This document shows positions 50,289 through 58,827 of a DNA stretch of 64,000 nucleotides, piece by piece. The stretch is from Oligoflexales bacterium (GTDB lineage: Bacteria; Bdellovibrionota_B; Oligoflexia; Oligoflexales; CAIYRB01). Position 1 is the stretch's first letter; each line of letters starts with the position of its first letter. The notes under the pieces are model-generated. The model saw only the letters and a list, made by a program, of their open reading frames with translations. It searched no databases and was not told the DNA's origin. Location: NCBI GenBank assembly GCA_041736175.1, contig JBGSUI010000075.1, positions 8,536 to 72,535 on the forward strand. Reading direction: 5' to 3'. The position numbers and the translations under genes were made by a program.

Positions 50289-51356
50289 ATGTTGTTCAAA
50301 TTTTCAGCGGCTGTGGCCCTCACCCTGGCCGTGGCTTGTGTCAAATCTGCAGGAGGCGATGCTCAATTGGCGGCGAATGGTGCGGTCTCCGAGCAACTGC
50401 CTCCCGACCAAATCCCCCCGGGGAAAATACCCCCCGGTTATGCTTGCCGTTTCACTGAAAGCTCTCTTCTCGCTAAATACCCACGACTGGGGCGTCACGA
50501 TGATCTAGTTCTGATTTTCAGGGGCCCCGCCTTGAATTGGAGAATTTACTCCAATCATATTGGATATTTACCGAATATCAACCCCCCGGGGTTTTTCGAG
50601 ATGAGAACAAATGAAAATAAGTTATTGTTAGCCTATAATTCCTATCTAGCCTCCTATAAAGTCGAAATTAATCAAAATGACCCGACAAAAGATGCGAAGC
50701 TGAGCACTCCGGATTTACAGGCAGCCTTGTCCTGCAAGCCTCTTGAGTACGCTGCCGAAAGCCCTCGTCCTTTCGGGGATCGTCAGCTCTATGTGATGGC
50801 TAGTCCATCCACGTCCCTCTATGCGATTCCAAGGGTGAATTTCAGGTATCGCTCGCCCCAAGATGACGACAAGAGATCGATCACTTTTTGGACCTTTAAG
50901 AATTGGTCGGCTTGGAAGATCAATCCTCAGCCTGGTGATCCTATTGTAGACATAGACTTTAAAATATACGGCTATTGGCTTTTTACTGATAATCCTCGTT
51001 GGCCAGCAGGCCTTAGAGGCGAATTAAAAAAATACTTTAATCAAAACCTTGTGATTCAGCAGGCCGCCGAATCAGCTCCTCAGGTAAGCTGGATGGGGCG
51101 CGTTTGCTATCATGTAGGGCAAATCCTGTCTCCTACAATAAAACCTGACGGCATTACCCTTCTTGGCGAGAGCGCCTACTCATTTGTAAAGCAAATGCCG
51201 CCTTCTTATTATTTAGAGATTATGCAACCTGCCAAGTGGAAGGATCCAGTGTTTCTCAATAGTATCAAAGTGATTGATTTCAAGCACGATATCAATGAAC
51301 TGGTCCTCAGGTTTTGCCAGAAGCCCTGCTTTTTAAACTCCTCCGATTCCAAGTAG
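50289..51356 (+). CDS. Hypothetical lipoprotein
   Basis: Lipobox AVAC, SD AAGGA, 355 aa; no recognised domain. Confidence 0.7.
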   Translation: MLFKFSAAVALTLAVACVKSAGGDAQLAANGAVSEQLPPDQIPPGKIPPGYACRFTESSLLAKYPRLGRHDDLVLIFRGPALNWRIYSNHIGYLPNINPPGFFEMRTNENKLLLAYNSYLASYKVEINQNDPTKDAKLSTPDLQAALSCKPLEYAAESPRPFGDRQLYVMASPSTSLYAIPRVNFRYRSPQDDDKRSITFWTFKNWSAWKINPQPGDPIVDIDFKIYGYWLFTDNPRWPAGLRGELKKYFNQNLVIQQAAESAPQVSWMGRVCYHVGQILSPTIKPDGITLLGESAYSFVKQMPPSYYLEIMQPAKWKDPVFLNSIKVIDFKHDINELVLRFCQKPCFLNSSDSK

Positions 51357-51538
51357 GGATCTTCAACTTTTAGGCCTGAGCACACAGACCTCAGGCCGCA
51401 GCGCTTACTGATTAAGCTTTTAGCAGGTGGCTTTTTGGTATCTATTAAATTCCCCTTGTCACGGGGCGCCTGGGTGGTAACTTGCGAGTCGTTTGCCGGT
51501 GTGTGAGTCACTTTGGGCGTGATGGGACAGGGGGGCCT

Positions 51539-52654
51539 TTGATTATTTTAGGAATCGAATCCAGCTGTGATGAGACCGGTGTTGCCATCGTCAAAGACGG
51601 GCACGAGATCCTAAGCAATCAGGTCTCTTCGCAGATCGACCTCCATGCTCCCTTTGGGGGCGTAGTCCCAGAAATTGCCTCCCGGGCACACCTTCGGATA
51701 ATCGATCCCCTGACCCAGGCCGCGCTCCAAGAGGCACGTCTCACTTGGCAGGACATTGACGGCATCGCCGTGACCCAAGGTCCAGGGCTTATTGGCGCCC
51801 TGCTCGTCGGGGCAGCCTATGCCAAAGGGCTGGCCCTTGCCCTGGGCAAACCTCTTATACCGGTCGATCACGTGGAAGCCCATGTCCATGGCGCCCTCCT
51901 GGGAGTCCAACAAAAATCCGATTCAGGACCAGACCCTGGCCAAAACCCTGTCCGAGACATCGCGGCGACTTTTCCGGCTCTCTCCCTGGTGGTTTCTGGG
52001 GGACATACCAATCTTTATTATATGGCTTCCCCCACCGACTTTCAGCTCCTAGGGTATTCTTTAGACGATGCCTGTGGTGAATGCTTTGACAAGGTGGGTA
52101 AACTCCTGCAACTTGGGTACCCCGCCGGGCCATTGATCGAAAACCTTGCAAGCCAGGGGGACCTGGAGCGAGCCCAAAAAACCTGGCCCATGCCCCTGAT
52201 GGCCCCAGGTTCGGCTCTAGAACCCATTCGCTTTAGTTACTCCGGGCTCAAAACCTTTATGGCCCAAACCGTCCATAAACACCAAAAGAAAACCCAAGTT
52301 GATCCCCCTTCCTGGGGACAAGACCTTTGGGATCTGTGCGCAGCCTTTCAAGAGGAGGCCTTGGGACAAATTGTTCGCAAAACCAAGCGAGCTCTCGTAC
52401 TACGGCCCGACGCCAAATCGATTCTGATTGCGGGTGGAGTCGCTGCCAACCAACGCCTGAGGTCCATGATGGCACACCAGATCGACCGTCCCTGCCACTA
52501 CCCTCCCCTCAGCGCCTGCTCCGATAACGGTGCCATGATTGCAACCTATGCTTTTTACCAATACCTAGAGGCTCAAAAAAACCCCTCTCACAATCCCGCG
52601 GCCTATTTTGACCATCGTTGGGAGTCCTATTCCCGATATGCTTTTAAGGACTGA
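51539..52654 (+). CDS. tsaD: tRNA N6-threonylcarbamoyladenosine transferase
   Basis: ILGIESSCDET, GGVVPEIASRAH, HVEAH, VSGGHT, DDACGECFDK, DNGAMI. Confidence 0.96.
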   Translation: MIILGIESSCDETGVAIVKDGHEILSNQVSSQIDLHAPFGGVVPEIASRAHLRIIDPLTQAALQEARLTWQDIDGIAVTQGPGLIGALLVGAAYAKGLALALGKPLIPVDHVEAHVHGALLGVQQKSDSGPDPGQNPVRDIAATFPALSLVVSGGHTNLYYMASPTDFQLLGYSLDDACGECFDKVGKLLQLGYPAGPLIENLASQGDLERAQKTWPMPLMAPGSALEPIRFSYSGLKTFMAQTVHKHQKKTQVDPPSWGQDLWDLCAAFQEEALGQIVRKTKRALVLRPDAKSILIAGGVAANQRLRSMMAHQIDRPCHYPPLSACSDNGAMIATYAFYQYLEAQKNPSHNPAAYFDHRWESYSRYAFKD

Positions 52655-52659
52655 ACCAT

Positions 52660-53514
52660 ATGTCGACGACAAGGGGTGGCCCAAAACAACAGAAAAGCCT
52701 CTCCCAGGTTTTTTTAAAGTCTCCGGAACCGGCCCAATTTGTGGCCGACACCCTCAAGGGCCTAGGGGTCCAGGAAGTCCTGGAGATTGGACCTGGAGAT
52801 GGGATCCTCACCAAAGAGCTGGTCTCCCAAGGGATGAAGGTCACATGTGTCGAACGGGACCTGCGCTTTGTAGAACATCTGGCCGAAGCGTTTCGGGAGT
52901 TTAAGGGCCCCACAGGATCGAGTCTCCAGGTGGTTCACGAAGATTTTCTGGATTTTGACCTAGGGGGATGGTTGTCGTCTACGGGGACACCCTGTGGGAT
53001 AGTCGGAAACATTCCCTACCATATTTCTTCGCCTATCTTGATTAAGGTCCTCAGCAGTTCCTTAGTAAATCTCCGAGCGATCATGATGATGACCCAAAAA
53101 GAGTTTGCCGAGAGACTGGCCGCTTCAAAAAAATCAAAAGCCTATGGCAGCCTCTCGGTTTTTGCCCAGATGCGTACTGATATTTCCATTGAAAAAACCG
53201 TCAGCCGCCACCTCTTTAATCCCGTCCCTAAAGTGGACAGTGCAATTTTTTTGGCGAAACCATTGAAAGTACCCTTCCCAGCCGCCGACCTCGGTTTTGT
53301 GGAAACAGTGACCCGACGGGCCTTTGCCCAAAGGCGCAAAAAACTAACCAATAGCCTGGGCTCTCTCCTTGGAGATCTACAACTCACCCCCGACCAGCTC
53401 GCCCGATCGCCCGTTGACTTAAGCCTTCGAGCCGATGCATTAAGTCCTCTGGATTTTTATGAATTAGCCCAATGGCTAAAGGGGATGAAAAGTTTTTCAC
53501 CCCCTTCACCTTGA
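52660..53514 (+). CDS. rsmA: 16S rRNA m6,2A dimethyltransferase
   Basis: KSLSQVFL, EIGPGDG, GNIPYHISS, PVPKVDS, FAQRRKKL. Confidence 0.95.
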   Translation: MSTTRGGPKQQKSLSQVFLKSPEPAQFVADTLKGLGVQEVLEIGPGDGILTKELVSQGMKVTCVERDLRFVEHLAEAFREFKGPTGSSLQVVHEDFLDFDLGGWLSSTGTPCGIVGNIPYHISSPILIKVLSSSLVNLRAIMMMTQKEFAERLAASKKSKAYGSLSVFAQMRTDISIEKTVSRHLFNPVPKVDSAIFLAKPLKVPFPAADLGFVETVTRRAFAQRRKKLTNSLGSLLGDLQLTPDQLARSPVDLSLRADALSPLDFYELAQWLKGMKSFSPPSP

Positions 53515-53586
53515 AGAAGCCTTGCTATTCCATCAGGCTTTAGGTATGTCCTAGGTTCCTTTTTTGACCATCACGGAGTATGGACG

Positions 53587-53805
53587 ATGGCAGTTCCTAA
53601 GTTTAGAATTTCAGCATCCCAAAGAGATAAACGACGATCCCACCACGCCCTCAAGGCCATTAGCTTGAGCTATTGCAGCGCCTGTGGTGAAGCAAAGCTT
53701 TCCCATACAGTTTGCAAAAACTGTGGATCTTACAAGGGTAAAGTGGTTGTCCAACCAAAACCTACAAATGATATTACTGGCGAAGACTTTAAAGTCGAGA
53801 GCTAA
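53587..53805 (+). CDS. rpmF: 50S ribosomal protein L32 (zinc-binding form)
   Basis: MAVPK...RRSH, CSAC...CKNCG. Confidence 0.95.
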   Translation: MAVPKFRISASQRDKRRSHHALKAISLSYCSACGEAKLSHTVCKNCGSYKGKVVVQPKPTNDITGEDFKVES

Positions 53806-53807
53806 TC

Positions 53808-54785
53808 ATGTCTAAGATCCTAGCGATGTTTCCAGGACAAGGCTCCCAATGGGTCGGTATGGGAAGGGATCTCCTTAACCAGTTCCCGAAAAGCCGTCTT
53901 ACCTTCGAAGAAGCGGAAGACGCGGCAAAAATACCCATTAGGAAGCTATGCATTGATGGCCCTGAGGACCAGTTAAGGCTTACGGAAAACACCCAACCCG
54001 CGATCCTAACAGTAAGCGTTGCGATTTGGAGGAGCCTTGTTGCGGAGACAGGGCTCGACCCGGGGCTTTTTGCAGGTCATAGCCTTGGGGAGTACTCGGC
54101 CCTTGTAGCCAGCGGAAAACTCGACTTTGCGCGGGCCGCTTTCCTCGTGAGAGCAAGGGGACTGGCGATGCAAGCAGCGGTTCCCGATGGTATGGGAGCT
54201 ATGGCGGCTATCCTCAACATCCCTGGAGAAAAGCTGGCTCCCCTTTGTTTAGAAGTCGTAAAAAATCTGGAGTCCTCTGGGAAAAAAGCCAAGGACTCCG
54301 ATGGCAAAAGGGTCCCCACCTCTCTCGAAATCGTTAACTTTAACTCCCCTTCCCAGCTTGTCGTGGCGGGGCATCGGTTTGCGGTCGAAGGTCTTGTGGA
54401 AATCGTCGGCGCCCATAAAGGCAAGGGAGTCATCCTCCCTGTCAGCGCACCCTTTCATTCGACGCTGATGGAGCCTGCAAAGGTAGCTATGACACCACTG
54501 CTCCAGGACACTAGCTTTGTGCAGACCCCTGGCGGGATCATCGCAAATATCGACGGGGACATTCCCTCCCAGTACAGTTGGGAGCTCCTGGCCAAGCAGA
54601 TAGCCTCCCCGGTCCTATGGTACCAGTCTATCGACAAAGCTACCCACTACGGATGTAAGACTTTTATCGAGGTAGGTCCCGGCAAAGTGCTCTCTGGCCT
54701 GGCTAAACGGTTAGTCCCTAAGGATAGCGAGATTTTTAATACCGAAGATCTGCCAAATCTTATCCGTTCCTTTGCCCGTTCTTAG
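53808..54785 (+). CDS. fabD: Malonyl-CoA:ACP transacylase
   Basis: FPGQGSQ, GHSLGEY, VSAPFHS, EVGPGKVL. Confidence 0.96.
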   Translation: MSKILAMFPGQGSQWVGMGRDLLNQFPKSRLTFEEAEDAAKIPIRKLCIDGPEDQLRLTENTQPAILTVSVAIWRSLVAETGLDPGLFAGHSLGEYSALVASGKLDFARAAFLVRARGLAMQAAVPDGMGAMAAILNIPGEKLAPLCLEVVKNLESSGKKAKDSDGKRVPTSLEIVNFNSPSQLVVAGHRFAVEGLVEIVGAHKGKGVILPVSAPFHSTLMEPAKVAMTPLLQDTSFVQTPGGIIANIDGDIPSQYSWELLAKQIASPVLWYQSIDKATHYGCKTFIEVGPGKVLSGLAKRLVPKDSEIFNTEDLPNLIRSFARS

Positions 54786-55318
54786 AGTCTTGGCTTATCG
54801 AGAGATAACTCATAGGAGTCGACACCTACGGTGATTCCCATAAAAGTTCTGGATCTAAAGAGCATCCACTCAAACTTGCGGGGACGGTCTTTCTCATACA
54901 TGGCCCAATGACCTTCGCTATCTTTTTTAATTCTTAGTTCAAAAGCTCGGTAGTCGGAAGGCGCTCGCGATAGGTAGCGAACCCGGATGATTCCCTCGTC
55001 ACCGGTTACGGCTAAAAGCTGCATCAGCACAGCATCGATCCCTTTTACTTTGGCAACGGTAACTTCCGTAGCCTGTAGAGTTTCGACCCGGTGGCTCACC
55101 GAGCCGCCATGGGAGTCTTTGATGATCAGGCTATTGATATAACTTTTATCGTTTGTTTCGATATAGAATGACCGAATCAATCCATCTTCTGGTTCACTGA
55201 TTGCTGACATCAACAACCGGTAATGGACCTTTTCGGCGGAAGGAGCGGGGTTTGAAAGCACAAATGCGCTTGATGCCGACATCATTGCTACAGCTAGCTT
55301 AGGACCATACTTTTCCAT
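54782..55318 (-). CDS. Hypothetical exported protein
   Basis: Signal-peptide-like N-terminus after ATG 55318 (GAGG SD); beta-rich; alternative starts at 55330 and 55357. Confidence 0.65.
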   Translation of the reverse strand: MEKYGPKLAVAMMSASSAFVLSNPAPSAEKVHYRLLMSAISEPEDGLIRSFYIETNDKSYINSLIIKDSHGGSVSHRVETLQATEVTVAKVKGIDAVLMQLLAVTGDEGIIRVRYLSRAPSDYRAFELRIKKDSEGHWAMYEKDRPRKFEWMLFRSRTFMGITVGVDSYELSLDKPRL

Positions 55319-55386
55319 TAAAAACCTCATATAGTTTATGATTTGTAGGGACTTCATTGTCACGAGTTTGTTGCGTAGCAAGATTC

Positions 55387-55414
55387 CTATCGGATAAAAC
55401 TACAAAAAAGTTTA
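55387..55414 (-). promoter_or_regulatory. Putative sigma28-like promoter
   Basis: TAAA-N16-TCCGATAG. Confidence 0.6.
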
Positions 55415-55476
55415 GATTTTAGTATAACCTCAAAATACCATTGCCTTTATGACCAGTCATTAAACAGTCCATTAAA

Positions 55477-57585
55477 CTAACTTTGTTGAAATTTGCCAGA
55501 CTCGAAAGCCTTAAGAGCATGACCTACGACGATCACGCTGAGGGAATGGAGCGCTAAAATTGGGTCCGTCGTAGGGACAACACCAGAACTTATGACTGTC
55601 GAGTCTGCTTGCAAGGGGTATCGCTGATTGAGGTCACTGACAAACTGGGAAAAGGAAGAAAACCCCATATTTTTAACGGTTTTCAAAGATAGATGCAGCC
55701 ATTTTGCTGGAATAGGTCGGGGGATCTTGCGGTTGAGAGCCAGAGCCAACGAACCCATAGTCCAACGGGTGTTTACCTCAACAATGGGATATAGCTGGTA
55801 AATCCCCTGTGCCCGGTACACAAGGGCATCGATCCCTGCTGGCCCACGGTAGCCTAACTTGTAGAGTTCCTCTCCTGCGAAAACAGCAGCTTTCTTGAGT
55901 TTGTCACCAAAATGATGTTCATGATACCAGCGCCAAAAGCCAGGAGGGGCTTCTATGGTTTGGTCTCCCAGATAATGGCCAAGGTACTGCCCATGATCGT
56001 CGGTGATAAACCGAGTGGTTCCCAAAACCTTAATGTTTGAGAGTTCACCTATTCCCGCTCCGTTCCCATCCTGGACCAAGATCTGGGTGCTAAAATCGGC
56101 CACTCGGTCCACCCAGGGCTCCAAAGTCAAAAACCCATCGACACTCAATTGTTTCGCGAGCCAGGAGACTTCGGGGCCTGAAAGTGGTTGACCTTTGATT
56201 AGTTTTTTACGCCCTCGACCCGAACAACTAAAATCTGATTTTGCCACCAAACAGTCAAACTGGTTAAAGAGCTGCTCTATCTGGCGAGTGATTTCATCGA
56301 TCGATTGGCAAACAACTCCAAGTGGAATCTCACCAGAGGCTTTTTGACACCAATCTAAAGAGATCTGTTTGGACCAGGATTTTCGGCTTATTTTGCGGTT
56401 GACATCGGGATTGTATACGGCCTTTTTTAAAGGGAGGTTCCAGGTTTTCGGCATCTGTTCAGACCTTGCGGTTACAGACCAGGGTATCAGGGTCCCCAGC
56501 TTGCGGCGCAATAGCTGCGTGGGATCGGTCACAAATTCAGGCAACATAAAACCCAGTTGCGATAGAAAAATCAGGTACTCGGACGAGGGCTTGCGGCTGA
56601 CGATCACCACATCATCTTTTTTTGCGAGAAACATAAGCAGTGAGCTAAAGTCAGCTGCCAGGTTTTGCATCGTTTCACTGGGTTGAAACGAAGGTCTACC
56701 ATTTTGCAATTCTGCCTCGCCACTGGGATTAAACCACCAAACATCTGCCGGACGTCCCTTGGACTGCTGATAGACAGCAAGTTGTCTTACAAAATGGTCG
56801 CTAAACCCCAATTTCTGCCTTATATCTGCTTGAAAACCCAAACCCTTAGCACGGGCAGGACTCAGGGGTTCTTCCAGGATCTCTTGGTATTCTTCCCAGT
56901 CTGATTTGTTGTTTGGTCGCCACTGGTTAAACCAGACGAGACCATGGTGGACATGCTTGGTTTCGTCTCTATAAACCGTTGCTAGAATCTCGGCTGTCTT
57001 GGTGATCGAAAGCTTCTCAAAAATTTTTTGAAAATAAAGAGCATAATCTAAGTTGGCCTGCTCAAAGGTCAGACTCATCTGGGTCACAAAGGCCAAAGGG
57101 GATGGGACCGTGCGACACACATTCCAGAGATACTCGTTCAATCCAAAATCACCAAAATCAAAACCCAGTTCTCTTAGCCTCTCCTGATACAGCATAAAAT
57201 GCTTCTGCTCATCTCTTATGGTTTGAATCAGCCCTTTTTGAAAGAGCCGAGGAGCGTCAGGAAAACGCAGAAGGACTAGAGCCATGACTTCGATGGCGAG
57301 GAGTTCATGATTGGCAAAGGAGTGGAGGAGCCTCGCTTGGTTTAAGGGCTTATCCAGCTCTTCCCTTGATACGGCACCTTGATTTTTGGCTGATCGACTC
57401 GATCTCGGCCGGCCTGGTCGCTCAGGAAGCCGTTCTTGCACCCGGTTTACAGTGGAAAGCGACACACCAGCGGGAGGAGCAACCTCGGTCCACAAAATTT
57501 CGGGCGGTGGAGCTATGGTCTTGGCAGCAAACGATTGTTGTTCAATCAGGCTCTTCGCCCACTCTTGCAGTTCTTTTGGTAACAC
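55477..57585 (-). CDS. DUF455-like ferritin/di-iron domain fused to an ATP-grasp domain
   Basis: HSFANHELLA, DEQKH, FEQANLD, DETKH; C-terminal AKSDFSCSGRG, LEPWV, GPAGID, EVNTR. Confidence 0.8.
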   Translation of the reverse strand: MLPKELQEWAKSLIEQQSFAAKTIAPPPEILWTEVAPPAGVSLSTVNRVQERLPERPGRPRSSRSAKNQGAVSREELDKPLNQARLLHSFANHELLAIEVMALVLLRFPDAPRLFQKGLIQTIRDEQKHFMLYQERLRELGFDFGDFGLNEYLWNVCRTVPSPLAFVTQMSLTFEQANLDYALYFQKIFEKLSITKTAEILATVYRDETKHVHHGLVWFNQWRPNNKSDWEEYQEILEEPLSPARAKGLGFQADIRQKLGFSDHFVRQLAVYQQSKGRPADVWWFNPSGEAELQNGRPSFQPSETMQNLAADFSSLLMFLAKKDDVVIVSRKPSSEYLIFLSQLGFMLPEFVTDPTQLLRRKLGTLIPWSVTARSEQMPKTWNLPLKKAVYNPDVNRKISRKSWSKQISLDWCQKASGEIPLGVVCQSIDEITRQIEQLFNQFDCLVAKSDFSCSGRGRKKLIKGQPLSGPEVSWLAKQLSVDGFLTLEPWVDRVADFSTQILVQDGNGAGIGELSNIKVLGTTRFITDDHGQYLGHYLGDQTIEAPPGFWRWYHEHHFGDKLKKAAVFAGEELYKLGYRGPAGIDALVYRAQGIYQLYPIVEVNTRWTMGSLALALNRKIPRPIPAKWLHLSLKTVKNMGFSSFSQFVSDLNQRYPLQADSTVISSGVVPTTDPILALHSLSVIVVGHALKAFESGKFQQS

Positions 57586-57698
57586 TTAGGTCCCAGCTCC
57601 TACCTTGCGCGGGAGAGATGCCCCTAAGGTGTACCTTTTAGAGCCGCTCAGGTCGAGTGCAGATCAGATCGTCGAGCCGCTCTCATAAGAGGCGACCT

Positions 57699-57839
57699 CT
57701 ATGGGTTTATCACAACCACGCCTTCAAGATCCTTTTGAGACTGGCCCAAATCGTTGACCTGGCTACAGGCTGGTGCAAGGACAAGGATCGAGGCCACAAA
57801 AAATGCGATGGTTAATAGGTTTTCAAAATGTAGCTTCAT
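57699..57839 (-). CDS. 46-aa small lipoprotein (below the ORF-track cutoff)
   Basis: MKLHFENLLTIAFFVASILVLAPAC-SQVNDLGQSQKDLEGVVVINP*; SD AAGGGG upstream. Confidence 0.65.
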   Translation of the reverse strand: MKLHFENLLTIAFFVASILVLAPACSQVNDLGQSQKDLEGVVVINP

Positions 57840-58028
57840 AGGGTTCCCCTTTTTTAGATTGTCTTTTGACAGTTATTCCTCATAGGGATAAGGCTGCAAA
57901 AACCAATCCTGGGATAAGATAAAAGCTCATTTTAATGATTGTCGGTAGTTATGCCAGGATCGGGAGGGGACCCTGACTAACATCTGGACAAAAATGCGAT
58001 CAGTCAGTGGTCAGCGGCGACCGACCTC

Positions 58029-58637
58029 TCAGAGGTCTTTATAGGATTCGACTATTTTTGTAATCAATCCGTACTCTAAGGCCTCTTGAGCATTCATCCA
58101 ATAATCGCGGATGGTATCCTTTTCCACCTTAGCTAGAGGCGTGCCTGTCTCTTTGCTGAGCAGATGGTTGATCTTTTCCCTGGTTTTTAAGATCTCTTTA
58201 GCTGTGATTTCCAGGTCTGAAGCCTGGCCGTATACTTGGCCTGGAATCAAGGGTTGGTGGATCAAAAACCGGGCATTGGGCATACTCCAGCGGCGGTCTT
58301 TTTTAGCAGCCACATTGATGACCGTCGCGATACTTGCGCAAAGGCCCGTATTGATGATGGTCACGGGGGACTGTATAAAACGAATGGTATCAAAAACCGC
58401 GAAGCCGCTGTTGACCTCACCTCCTGGACTATTCACGAAAAGGGTAATAGGCTCTCCGGGTTTATCAGCATCAAGGGCTAATAGCTCTGAGATAAAGCGT
58501 TTAGCACTTTTAGAGGTAATAGCTTCCGAAATAAAAACCTTTCTTTTTTCGAAGAGCCTTGATTCCGCTAGGTATTCACCAAAGGGAACGTCGAATCCAG
58601 ACATCTCACCTGGTCCGTTTAAATTAGGTGTACTCAT
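58029..58637 (-). CDS. clpP: ATP-dependent Clp protease proteolytic subunit
   Basis: VNSPGGEV, GLCAS (Ser), LIHQP (His), RDYWM (Asp); start uncertain (58637 chosen). Confidence 0.93.
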   Translation of the reverse strand: MSTPNLNGPGEMSGFDVPFGEYLAESRLFEKRKVFISEAITSKSAKRFISELLALDADKPGEPITLFVNSPGGEVNSGFAVFDTIRFIQSPVTIINTGLCASIATVINVAAKKDRRWSMPNARFLIHQPLIPGQVYGQASDLEITAKEILKTREKINHLLSKETGTPLAKVEKDTIRDYWMNAQEALEYGLITKIVESYKDL

Positions 58638-58827
58638 AGAAGGTTGCGCCTCGCTTTCAAGGGGGAAGCTATATTGGAATTCAAACCAGCCTTTATTTTG
58701 CAATTTTGAAAAGGATTCGTAAAGGCTTCTTAGGTGTTTTTTAAGCAACTCATATTTTGTATGCTGGGATCCTCTGGCCCAGCCCACGCGCCATGACAGT
58801 GCCCCCCTTTGGAGATATTGATCACAG

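Noticed and set aside
50099..50458. 119-aa ORF overlapping the lipoprotein start
   Set aside because: Spans a probable promoter region and overlaps a better-supported gene out of frame.
57893..57911. GG-N10-GC upstream of the micro-lipoprotein as a sigma54 promoter
   Set aside because: The -12 element (TTGCA) fits but the -24 element (AGGATT) is poor; too weak to call.
58111..58722. 203-aa plus-strand ORF
   Set aside because: Antisense to a clear clpP.
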